Source of the DNA: Spizellomyces punctatus DAOM BR117
Taxonomy: Eukaryota
Assembly (NCBI GenBank): GCA_000182565.2
Contig: KQ257452.1
Strand: one strand, 5' to 3'
DNA: 64,000 nucleotides
Positions 53,719 through 64,000 of this stretch are shown here, in pieces (position 1 is the first letter of the stretch; each line of letters opens with the position of its first letter). A program made the translations under genes and the position numbers. The notes beneath the pieces are model-generated. The model did not search any database. It saw only the letters and a program-made list of their open reading frames with translations, and had not been told where the DNA came from.

Positions 53719-54546
53719 GAAATAGGCTATATGCTCATATAGCAAATATCGATACCTTGGTGAATGACTTTTTTTCATGGGCAATATTCAGGTTTACAAA
53801 CAATAAGTATTCTCCTTTACCAAGGGCCGTGGACCTGATGAGCCGAACGGTACTAGGCGGTAGGTGGTGGCACCAAAAGAACAATGCAAAGATGTTAAGG
53901 TTTACATCCCATTCTTCCAAGGGACAAGGGGCAATTTCCAAACAGCAGAATCAGTGATGAATACTTAACATAAACCCTGGAAGGCCTTATAGTGATAACA
54001 AAATCATGTGTTATGGACTAGTACCCCAAAATGACTTGCCATGGTAAACAAACGAGCCAAACCTGGCATCCACTCCCTTAACGTGCCCATGCTTCACCCT
54101 GCTGAGGCACACACAAATCTACGAGTGTCATATTTCTTTGCACATGCCGATTTTGTCGATAAATACCAGCGGTCTTCCTCTGCAGGGTCATCGGAATACA
54201 AATATCACATTCTCGGTACCCAGCAGTGGCGCTCCAACTGAAGCCATTCACGATCGGAGGTCACCGACCAATGGTCAAAATATGGGCATCGGTAAATGAG
54301 ACATGAATGGCAACTTTAATGACTGGGATTCCATATGATCCTAAGGCATCTTGATATGCGCATAGTTGATCCACTTGATTGAGGTAAACTTTGAATGCAA
54401 AATCGTTATAGAGTTTTCGAGGACTGATGAATGCTACCAGTTCATGTTCATAGATCGTCAATTATAAAATCCTACAAAATGTGGCCTACCGCTTTTGACC
54501 CTGTTCAGCGACTCTCTTCAAATACTTTCAGAGAGCAGAAGCCGTT

Positions 54547-57500
54547 ATGTCATTGATTAAGAGGAACTTACTGATTCTGCTAGGATGGATATTGGCCAGT
54601 GTACCTGTTGCGCGAGGGCGACAGTGCAATTGGACATTACCGATTGGAGTAATTAGTCCATCTACCATGGGATACTTCAACCAGTCTCATTCCGCATACA
54701 GGTTGGCAGCAGAAGATTTTTTGGCCACCGAAACGAATTTACCAGATGTATGCGTAGTAAGTTGGATGATAGAGAGTTTGCTTTTACCTATTGGCCGTCA
54801 GACCTTTTGTTTAACAGACCATCTCCCCTAGGAATGGCACTACGCAGATTCAAAAGACGGTGCAGGACCAGCGTTGTTAGATACGATGAATTTCATCCAG
54901 AACAAGAAGATCGTCGCCCTACTGGGAGACATTTTTTCGTCGGTCACCATTTACGAAGCCTTACTTACTGGTGTTTTAAAGGCTAGTAGAAAATCATGTT
55001 CAAGTTGGCTTTCAGATGGATGCTCATATTATCTTTTATGTGATCTCTCTTTTGCTTCTCCTTTCTATTTCTCCGCCGATCTAGATACCCCAAAGTTCGT
55101 TTGATTCGGCGAGCGAAAAGCTTTCAGATAAAACCAATTATCCCTTCTTTTGGCGTACCCTTCCTCCCTCATCGGTGGTAGTTGAAAACTCAATTCCCTT
55201 GCTAAAGGTAATCTGCGGCATGAGCGAGTTTGGTTTTGGAATATAAGATTATAATTGTTTTCTTTGTCCTTAATTTCTTTGTCCTTAAGCATTTTGGTTG
55301 GAACAAGATTGCTATGATATATAATTTGGACGATTTTGGGACGCCAGCTGCAGAGTCAGTTCGTAGACGCTTTAGCTCCCATACGGACATCACTCTCCTA
55401 GGGTTAATTGGAGCCTTCCACGACGGCACAGAGGAGGATGTACGGCTTCATGTTATTTAACTATGACGTCCAAAATTTCTAAAGCTTCCTTTCTATGATC
55501 AATAGGTTGATGGGGCTCTAGACCAACTACTGGCTCTGCACGCAAAAGTTATTGTGACAGGTAAAGATTCAAGTAGCTCGAGCAATACAAGTAGGAAGAT
55601 AATCGATTGTGCTCCCGCAGTTGTCTACTCGGAATGTCTTGGTCCACTGATGCTACATGCACGGCAAAAGGGGATGACGGGGCCAGAATATGTTTGGATC
55701 AACGTCAATTTGTACACGGGCTTAGATGGTGCCGACACCAGCGTTTCTGTCTTACGAAGTGCGTTTGACGATCGCCTTGTGGATTATGACATTCGTGGCA
55801 CAATGTACGTATGAACCAGTTATCGCGCTATGTCGCCTGGCATCTACGCTGACCAAGTATTCATAATATGTGCCTTTCGCTAACCTCTGTTCTACTCATG
55901 ATGTGCTGCAGAGTGCTTGCAGCAAGGACGGACGTGATGGCTGGCTATGCGCCTAATGATGCTTTCATGACCAAGTGGATGGCATTGAATCCAAACGTAT
56001 ACCCCGGCGTAGTGCCCGGACAGCCACCCATATCCGGGATTGTGTATGTTCATGTCAATGTCTTGATCTGTATATTTCTTCTGTTTCCAAAGACTAAATC
56101 TCTGGTTACCCAGTAAGGCATACACGTCAGCCTATGTGCTTCTCCTAGGCATCCATCAGGCGACATTTGGACCAAACGCAACGACCACCATTGGCGACGT
56201 TGTCAACCGCACCGCGGGAGATGCACTAATGCCCAGCACCTTCGCTGACACAGGGTTTATCTCCCCAGTTGGTGCATTCAAATTGGATGCGAACGGCGAC
56301 GGCATCACGTAAGAAGATTATGCTCTTCAGTGGATGTGTGACTGGCTGCATATAACCGGAAATTCTATAGTCGCCAACGCATCAGCATATATATTGCAGA
56401 CGCAGACACAGCCGATCTTGGATATATTGAGAACGGCAATTTCCACCCTACTCTTGCTGATATACCATGGAAAGTGCCCTACGGTGCGGACTGGAGCACC
56501 ACAAAGATGGAACCTCCCGTTGGGTTCAGTAAGTTTGTTTGATCTCACTTTCTCTTCAAACGAACCTATTGGTTAACTCTATACCATCGTGCGACTCTAG
56601 TCTATAATGAGCAGTACGTGAAATGGGACGGCGCCGCGATAACAATCCTTGTACTGTTTTCGGCTGGTATTCTTGTGAACTGCGTCATTGGTGCCTACCT
56701 AGTTCGACATGTGCACAGTGCACCGGTGAAAGCTGCCTCACCCGTCTTCCTTTCTCTCATGTGGCTTGGATACTCCTTGGTTCGCTGAGCACTTTTTGTA
56801 TTCACCTCGGAAAAGTTTCAAACGCTTCAATGTTCATTAGGGTTACATATCTCCATTCTTCCGAATTGGCAAGCCGACGTTCGCAAGCTGCCGCGCTAGC
56901 TACTGGATTGAAGTCATTCCTTTTGGTCTTGTGATGGCACCGCTGGCTGTCAAAACGTTCCGTATTTGGCGGTGAGTGGTCCTTTCGGGTGGTTCTTCCC
57001 GGAGAGGTCTCGGTAATAAATCATACATGATTTAACAGGATTTTCGGCAATCGCAAGGCAAAGACCCTCCGTCTCTCTGACTCGCTCTTGCTTCAATTGG
57101 TTGGAGCTATCATGAGTCTCAACGTGGTACATATCACATTCCTGTTTGTCCAGAACACGTCTTCAATCCATCTAAACCAATACTATTCTTATAGCTCTTG
57201 CTCATTGTCCACACAGCATTTGGCAATGTCGGTCCAACCGTCACTCCCGATGATAGTCAGGCCACGATGGCGTATGCATGCGGGTCCACCAATGGTCGAG
57301 AAAGTGTCATCTCTGGTATAGGAGCTGCATTGGTCGCGTACAATGGGATCGTGGTATTATGTTGCACCTACTTTGCCTTTAAGACGCGCGGGGTTGTTGC
57401 ACGTAAGTAGTCGACAGGGCTTTGAGACGTACGCTGGGCCCAATTTAAGCGTCGCTGCTAATATCTACTTATCGAACAACAGGATTCAGCGAGTCAGCCT

Positions 57501-58393
57501 ACATTGGAATCTCCGTATACACCACGCTCCTTTGCAGCGTCTTTATTCTGGTTATTGACAACATTCCCGGGACGACTGTCATGATCCATTTCTTGATCCG
57601 TGAGATTGTGCGTTACTTTTTGTGTAAAACTCTCTGGCAAGAACCCGGCTTACCATTATCTTGTCGTGGCAACAGCTCATTTTGATCATGCTCCTCACAA
57701 GTATGAGTGCTCTCCTAGGAAAGGTGGTCGTTATGAACCTCTCCGGAGGTACAACTAAGGACGGCACTGTTGCATATGCTGGCGGCAACCAGATCAAACG
57801 GACAGGAGATGCAAGTGGTACTGGAAGCATTAATAAAACCGGAAGTCTCCATCGGCAGAACGGCTCCACATCAGGACAGGGGAACAATCTTGTAAGTGCC
57901 GAAATATCCTCAACATGTCAACGGTTAAGTATGGGATTAATTTAAAACAATTTCCTCAAAAACCGCAGATGGCAGTATCTCAGGACTTTAGCGTCATCAA
58001 CCTTAGCAAATGGGTCAACAAATGGGAGCCGGCGACAATCATTCTCCACACGGATGGTGTTTTTCCATATATCCTATTGAAAATTGGCAAGGTCTGTTAT
58101 CCACATTTTTACCGTTTGTCCTCGCCAACTTGTCAGGATTAACAATTATATCCTATCAGGACATGATTGCCATGGAACTCAAGGATACATTCTGTGATGA
58201 TTTTGAAGGTGACCGCGAGTGCTTTAAACTACACGACAACCATGGACATTCCTTCCGTGTGCAAACACGATCGTCAACCGAAAGACAAAATTGGGTCAAG
58301 CAGATCAAGATGCAAATTAGAACGACCACTGGGGAATCGACCTCTGGTTTGGTTATGCCGTCCTCCACCTCTCTCAAACCAACGCAGGTGTAA
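54547..58393 (+). CDS. Class C (GABA-B/glutamate-like) GPCR: signal peptide, Venus-flytrap (ANF receptor) domain, 7TM and C-terminal PH-like domain; many exons
   Basis: VALLGDIFSSVT; IPQ...LSDKTNYPFFWRT; HFGWNKIAMIY; GMTGPEYVWI; FKLDANGD; 7TM motifs VKAASPVFL, KTFRIW|RIF, AFKTR, FSESAYIGISVY; tail ...FRVQTRSSTERQNWVKQI. Confidence 0.85.
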
Positions 58394-58845
58394 GGTCAAG
58401 GAATATTTATTTGATAAGAACGTAGCAAAGTGAATTGTTTCGTTTCGTTCAAGTATGAGATTATAGAATGTTTGGGAAATTGTGGCCAACTATTGTTCTG
58501 CAATCGAATAGATGCTTACCATTTTGGTATCATTATTAGTACACTCCATGAATTGAGTATGGTCGTATACTAGCATTATAGACAGTTGGTAGCAGGTGTC
58601 ACTGCGACGGATAAGCCGAGATTTCGCTTTTATATCTGCAATATATTATCGCTTGCTGTTGCGACCGCTACAGGTGAAGTGGGATATTCCTCTGTTTTTG
58701 TTTATTTTGATCTTCACACGTGACTTGCTTACTGTACTAGTACTAATTGCTGTCAATGGCCAAGAGTCAAACGCTTGCTTTTTAGCATCTCGCGACGACG
58801 CTGCAATCGTCTTTCACCGAGCGCGACCTCCGTCGGCAAGGCAGA

Positions 58846-61443
58846 ATGTCCGACAAAGCACTCAATAAAAAACTAAAGGACATATCGGCACGCATTGACT
58901 CCATCCGCCTGGATTGGGATGCCCTTCGCAAGGAACTGAGAACGAACCTTTTGACAGATCCTGAAACGGCTCATATTTCCAGGGACTGGGCTCAGTTTGT
59001 TTTTAAAAAACAGTTTGGGCAGAATGTTGCTGGATCTGCTGTGACGACGGAGGCAGAGGCGGAATCTCCTACTGGGTCTGACAAGATGCGAGATTCTGTT
59101 GCCAAATTGCGGATTCGGCTGGGAGCCAAGATACGCTCGTCAGTGTCTCGAGAGGGTACTCAACAGGGAGAAGCCACTGCGAGTGGTGGAAAGAAGAAGC
59201 CACCAACATGCGCGGAAGAGATTGCACAGATAGTGGAAACATGGATTGCGGCGAAACAGGACCCAGCGGATATATCAAGCCAATTTCGTCCCCTGGATCC
59301 CGGAAAGAATCTATCTGCGCTACTCGCTGCCAACGCCACACATAGCAATCGAACGGTGGCGGCCCTGTGCTCTTTACCTCGTTCGCTAGTCAAGGAAAAA
59401 ACAAACAATTACAAACTTCCCAAGGAAGCAGTCATGCATTTGCACTGGTTTGAGACGCCTGTCGATACTGGTTTAACTCCGTCGGTTCCAGTACCCAGCA
59501 AGCTTGATCTTGACATATCCTCCCTCAACGAATCAATTGAAAAGCACGGACAGTCTCATAAAACGTCGTTGGAAAAAGATCTAGCCGACGCTTGGGATCC
59601 AGTCCGACAGGTATTGCGCGGTCTCTTACAAGTTGAGTGCGAGCAGAAACGGATATTGACTGTAGAGCTGGCCAAACGCGTCAACGAGTATTCAAGGAAG
59701 TACGCTATTGCGTTGAGAAATTTTGATGAGTTCTGGAATTCCAAAACGGAAAAGTGGAAAAAGAAGGGTGGGAAGAAAAATGGAGCTGCGAACGGTGTGG
59801 ATGAGGGCGCTTTGGCAGAGGAAGCCGATGCCTTGTTTGAGCAATATATTGAACAGATCAAAATAGTAGCGGACGCGTACGCCGAGGAAGTCTTACAGCC
59901 CATTTTGAGTGAACTGCGACGTGCTGTGGAGACGTATGAATCGTTGCTTTCGGACCTTTTAAAATCCAGTGATTTAGATCCCAATGAATGCGAGCGTGCC
60001 AGACAGGCGATATCTGGACTGGGGCGTCGCACAGAGGAACATATCGATGAGTTTCTGAGGAATGAAAGCAAATCCCGCGCGTCCTTGACATGTGCCTTGA
60101 GTGATATGAAAGACTCGTACCTGGAAGGATCCATGAAAACGCTTTGGGGACGACTCGAAAAATGCTCTAATCGCGATTTTCGAAAGCGGATAGCCAACAT
60201 GGAAGCAGACCAGCAAAAGGAACGGGACATGCTTTCCACCGTTCTTGTGTCTGACGTGGCTCCCTTTTCATCAGTCGCGGTTGTCTGCTTGGTTGTCCTG
60301 GAGTGCCTTCTTGTCAAAGGAGAACGCTGTGAAGAGGAGGCGCTACTCAAGCACAAGACGTCTCTTCAGTCGGACGTCAAACTCCAGGAACTGGCCATTA
60401 CTCGAAAGACATTGGAAGGATACTATGAAACTGGAGTCTTTAGTGGGCAAATAGAGCTTGGGAGAAAGATTGGCCGCGTATTATGGTCGGTAGTCAAACA
60501 ATCTATGGAGGCGGCTATGGAATCGCAAGTGGTAGCTTACATCTCTAAAAGCGGTGGTGGTAAGTCCGCCGGTTCTGCTGCATCTGCAGAATCGGGCGCG
60601 AATGCCGTTGATGAGGATACTAAAAAGAAGAAGAAGAAGAAAAAGAAGGCCAAGACAGGAACGGGTGAAGCGGGGGCAGCGAATGTGGATTCAGTGACAC
60701 CACCGATTGAAGAGCCGAGTGGATCACCGGCGAGCACCGTCCCGGACACACCAAAGGAAGACGAGAGCGATTCACTGGAGCAGGTTGCTTCCCCGATCAA
60801 CGGAAAAGCTACCAAAGAAGAAGAAGCTCTGCGACCTGAAAAGGATGTTCCTCCTGTCAAAGCAAACTCTGTCGAGCACGTTTCACCAAGTCCGAAAGAG
60901 ACAATGAGCGTCCAAGAGAACGAGGAAGTGGATCTGGATCTATCGCAGATAGAGTCTGCGATAGGAGATGTCATAGTTCCTGTCGGCGGTCTTACTGGAG
61001 CACGCCCATCAGGACCGCCCGGATTTACTGGTACTGGAATGTGGGGCGGTAATAATGTATTCCCCTTTTCCGTTCCAGCGTTTCCCATGAACCATCCTCT
61101 CAATGGCATGTCATCGCCCACAAGTCAGGAACTGGTTTCTCTCCGCGACGAGAACACTTCTCTTCGGAACGAAAATACCCAACTCCGAAGGGAACGCGCC
61201 GCCCTGGAAGAGCAACTCCGCGCCGCTCAACACACGATATCGCATTTTATGCAGCGCATGCGCGGTCTAGAGTCCCAAGAGAGTGTGAAGCGCCCTGGTT
61301 ACAACAACTGGAACCGACGGACTGCTGTCAGTTGTGGGAATTGTGGAGAGCGAGGGCATGAAAGCACCGCTTGTGATGCTGGGTGTCGGTATTGTTCTTC
61401 AAGGGAGCATTTGAGTGATGTATGCCCTTTACTTGTCGTGTAA
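58846..61443 (+). CDS. Intronless 865-aa hypothetical protein: helical/coiled coil, poly-Lys tract, two C-terminal CCHC zinc knuckles
   Basis: Long uninterrupted ORF; KKKKKKKKAK; CGNCGERGHESTAC and CRYCSSREHLSDVC (CX2CX4HX4C) at 61333-61425. Confidence 0.75.
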   Translation: MSDKALNKKLKDISARIDSIRLDWDALRKELRTNLLTDPETAHISRDWAQFVFKKQFGQNVAGSAVTTEAEAESPTGSDKMRDSVAKLRIRLGAKIRSSVSREGTQQGEATASGGKKKPPTCAEEIAQIVETWIAAKQDPADISSQFRPLDPGKNLSALLAANATHSNRTVAALCSLPRSLVKEKTNNYKLPKEAVMHLHWFETPVDTGLTPSVPVPSKLDLDISSLNESIEKHGQSHKTSLEKDLADAWDPVRQVLRGLLQVECEQKRILTVELAKRVNEYSRKYAIALRNFDEFWNSKTEKWKKKGGKKNGAANGVDEGALAEEADALFEQYIEQIKIVADAYAEEVLQPILSELRRAVETYESLLSDLLKSSDLDPNECERARQAISGLGRRTEEHIDEFLRNESKSRASLTCALSDMKDSYLEGSMKTLWGRLEKCSNRDFRKRIANMEADQQKERDMLSTVLVSDVAPFSSVAVVCLVVLECLLVKGERCEEEALLKHKTSLQSDVKLQELAITRKTLEGYYETGVFSGQIELGRKIGRVLWSVVKQSMEAAMESQVVAYISKSGGGKSAGSAASAESGANAVDEDTKKKKKKKKKAKTGTGEAGAANVDSVTPPIEEPSGSPASTVPDTPKEDESDSLEQVASPINGKATKEEEALRPEKDVPPVKANSVEHVSPSPKETMSVQENEEVDLDLSQIESAIGDVIVPVGGLTGARPSGPPGFTGTGMWGGNNVFPFSVPAFPMNHPLNGMSSPTSQELVSLRDENTSLRNENTQLRRERAALEEQLRAAQHTISHFMQRMRGLESQESVKRPGYNNWNRRTAVSCGNCGERGHESTACDAGCRYCSSREHLSDVCPLLVV

Positions 61444-62353
61444 CTATACCGTATATGCCTTTTGTTGGGCGTGGCCATATTTTTCTTTTTTTAATTTTTG
61501 CAAAAACTGTGTGCACTTGTATATACATATTGCTAATACTACATGATTCTTGCGCTCGTTGTAACTCATCTCGTGTCAATGGGGTGTAGAAGTGGAACAA
61601 CAGCCATCGTTTGCCAGAATAAACATAGCATGTTGCACCCTTGCGTCGTCAAATCATTTCGGAGCATGTCCGATAATGTCCGATTTGCCTCTGTTGTTCA
61701 CGTGATAAAATGATTGGAATGATGTATCTCTTTCCTGATTGGCTGGATTAGGAAATGAGCAGTTCCAGAAACTTTTTTAATTTTCATCCAATGATCGATC
61801 TTTTATCTTTTTTTTTTTTTAATGATGATTTTTGCATGTGAGGTTTGTTTGGATTCATGGCGAATATAAAAACGAGGTTTGGAGGGATTTTGCCCTTTGT
61901 TGGCCATTTGGAACATTATCTACGCATCGCTTGACGCTTTTTCACAACGGATCGCTGATCGTATACGAATATTGCTGAACGCAAACCACAACAACAAACG
62001 AGAAATAACGACCGGATCTACATCTATAAAGCCATGCCAGCACCAAAGACAAATTCAACCATCCTGCGACGTCTCTTTTCCACTCGCTCAAATACAAATA
62101 CACAACCACAAACAATCAAACCGATGCGTATTCTGATGACGGGAGGTGCAGTCGTGCTGGCTGCACAGATTGGTAGCGAAATCCACTAGAATGTACATTG
62201 TATATATATACACACCCGCACACCACATAATTTATTTTTTTGTACGTTGGGGGAGGGAGTTGGGGATACCCAAAGTAATAATACATAACGAGTCTAAAGA
62301 GTTATGATGAACAACATCTATGAAAGCAACAGTATATGATACTTTTTGGAAAT

Positions 62354-64000
62354 TTATCCATCGCCATCAAAGGCCTGTCGACCTCGCGCTCTACTCTGTA
62401 CTTGGTCCACTTTGGCGACATATGTAATATACTCGTTCATGTCATATCCTTCACGCACAAACCATCGGACATCATCCACACATTCGGGATACGTTCGTTC
62501 AAACAAGTCTTTCAGCATGAAACCGCACTTTTCTGAAAAGCGTTGCATAGGAAGATTGATGCGGCGCGTCAAGAGCCAGACGTAGCGGATGGGTGTAAAC
62601 GATTCGCTTTGAATGCGATTCAAGGTTCGTAAGATGAGTTCCTGAGCAATACCTTGGGATTGCACAGATTGCATGACGCCAACTTCCGCCAAGTAGATAG
62701 AGTTGGTTGGCAGTTGGTGTTCAGAAGCGCAGACGCCCACGTAGCATCGCTCTGTTGGATTGCATTGTGGTTGCTGTTGTGGTGATTGGCTGGCCTTGCC
62801 TGCCCAGACATTGTACTTTTGTGGATCGGCGGCATACGTCCCAGTATCTGATGGTGGGCTGTTGAGCCCCGAGTCTTCGCTTGATGTATCTTGGCTGTCA
62901 AACAGAACATGTCGCGTACTCTTTCCCTTCTTTCGTGGAGGATTAATGATCCACCCTGCCGCACAGTACCATATCGACGTGCTTGTCGGTGTAGCTGGGC
63001 GCAGAATATCGGCGAGGGCGTCTGACCAGGCAGCTCGCAAAAAGTTGTTTAAACCAACAAAGGTGGCGAATGCTGGAACTTCGTGCATAACTGATGGCAT
63101 ACATCCAAAAGGTTCAATTTTTGGTGTTCAAAGCCAATAAATGCCTATAAATCTCACCTTTGGGAGTGGCATACAAGGCTAGAAAAGCATCATGATAGAC
63201 TTCTGACAAAAGCTCAAGTTGATCCAGTGGCAAATCCGCTCCCGTATAGACTTGGTAGTGAAGTCTCGCATTCCCGACGCGAACATGGGATAACAGACAT
63301 GTTTTGCGATTTTTCGGGAAGAGTTCAATCGGTCGATATTTCCCCGTCCGATACTATGAATGCCTGTCATGAGGGTCATGCATTCATTCGCAAAAGAAGT
63401 CATTCAAGGCCCCACCTTTCCACCACCTCCACAACTTCCACAGAATCCATACTTTCCCTTACAGTTGAGACAGACTGCCTCTACCGTAATCTCCAACTCC
63501 ACTTCATCATCTGCCAGCGTCCGCACACGTCCACACCCCAACATTTCCTTGCAAATCTCACAATCAACCATTTGGCTCCGTCCGCGCTTTCTACCAATGC
63601 TTGGATATAAAGATCGGTTCATCGTAGGTCCGCCATGACTCGCATTTGCACCGGCGCACTGAGCACACAGAATCTCAATCACAAGCCCTGAATCTAGTAA
63701 TGTTGTGTCTCCTCGGATATTGAAGAGCGCCAACGTGTTCCCGCACTCCAGACATATCCCAGGTTGTTCGACCGTTTTCTTTCGTCTGGCTTCTCTTTTG
63801 CGAGGTGGACATGGTACAGGCGGTGGCGTCAATTGCTTTTGCTTTGATTCTTGTCGTTGTGATGGGACAGAGGGAGTGAGTGGCGTGGGTGGAGTAAAGG
63901 GCGGGACAAGTTGGAGTGTCTGAGGGAAGGAAAAGGTCTGGGGCGGTACAGTTTGGAGTGCTGCGGCTGTCCAGTCAGGAAATGTGGCTTCCCAGAATGG
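62354..64000 (-). CDS. Cys-rich zinc-finger plus GNAT acetyltransferase protein, 5'-truncated by window edge; at least 3 exons
   Basis: Frame open from 64000; CLEC, CAQC, CEIC, CLNC, CGSC; GGGGK|YRTGKYRPIELFPKNRKTCLLSHVRVG; GNAT motif A IYLAEVGVMQSVQSQGIAQEL and motif B NLPMQRFSEKCGF. Confidence 0.75.

Noticed and set aside
53720-54540. Possible missing cyclase or kinase exons of the HAMP protein
   Set aside because: No open frame with cyclase or kinase motifs was found on the plus strand.
59556-61121. Long antisense ORFs within the zinc-knuckle gene, and similar ones within BRCA2, SOK1 and MTG2
   Set aside because: Antisense shadows of well-supported coding frames with no independent motifs.
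61822-61980. Possible C/D box snoRNA (ATGATGA at 61822, CTGA near 61955 and 61976)
   Set aside because: No convincing terminal stem or recognisable rRNA-complementary guide; these short boxes occur by chance.

Overview
Gene-dense, intron-rich eukaryotic DNA with short introns of mostly about 55-100 nt and one 100-N assembly gap at 52994-53093. The gene content is fungal (ATG44/DUF1748, SOK1/TCP11, RRT8/LDS-like, SIN1/AVO1) and includes motile-cilium genes (DAW1, DNAAF5, CFAP97-domain). This points to a zoosporic fungus (chytrid); Spizellomycetales is an inference. About 27 protein-coding genes were reconstructed by manual splicing. Most are housekeeping genes: syntaxin, PUP2, VMA9, MTG2, ALG13, IDI1, SPC3, SPP, SHMT, USB1. 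Highlights are (1) a spliced, mitochondrially targeted bacterial-type release factor 2 with SPF and GGQ motifs; (2) a secreted Asp/Lys/His/Gly tandem-repeat protein with a higher-order repeat, a perfect 64-bp duplication just upstream of its TATA box, and an in-frame same-composition tail behind its TGA; (3) an animal-sized BRCA2 with 8 BRC-like repeats, 6 of them FxxG rather than FxxA; (4) adjacent membrane sensors, namely a 2-TM/HAMP protein with no output domain and a class C GPCR with a C-terminal PH-like domain; and (5) a Cys-rich zinc-finger-GNAT fusion. No tRNA, rRNA, CRISPR array or intact transposon was recognised. Family assignments come from motif recognition, not database searches.
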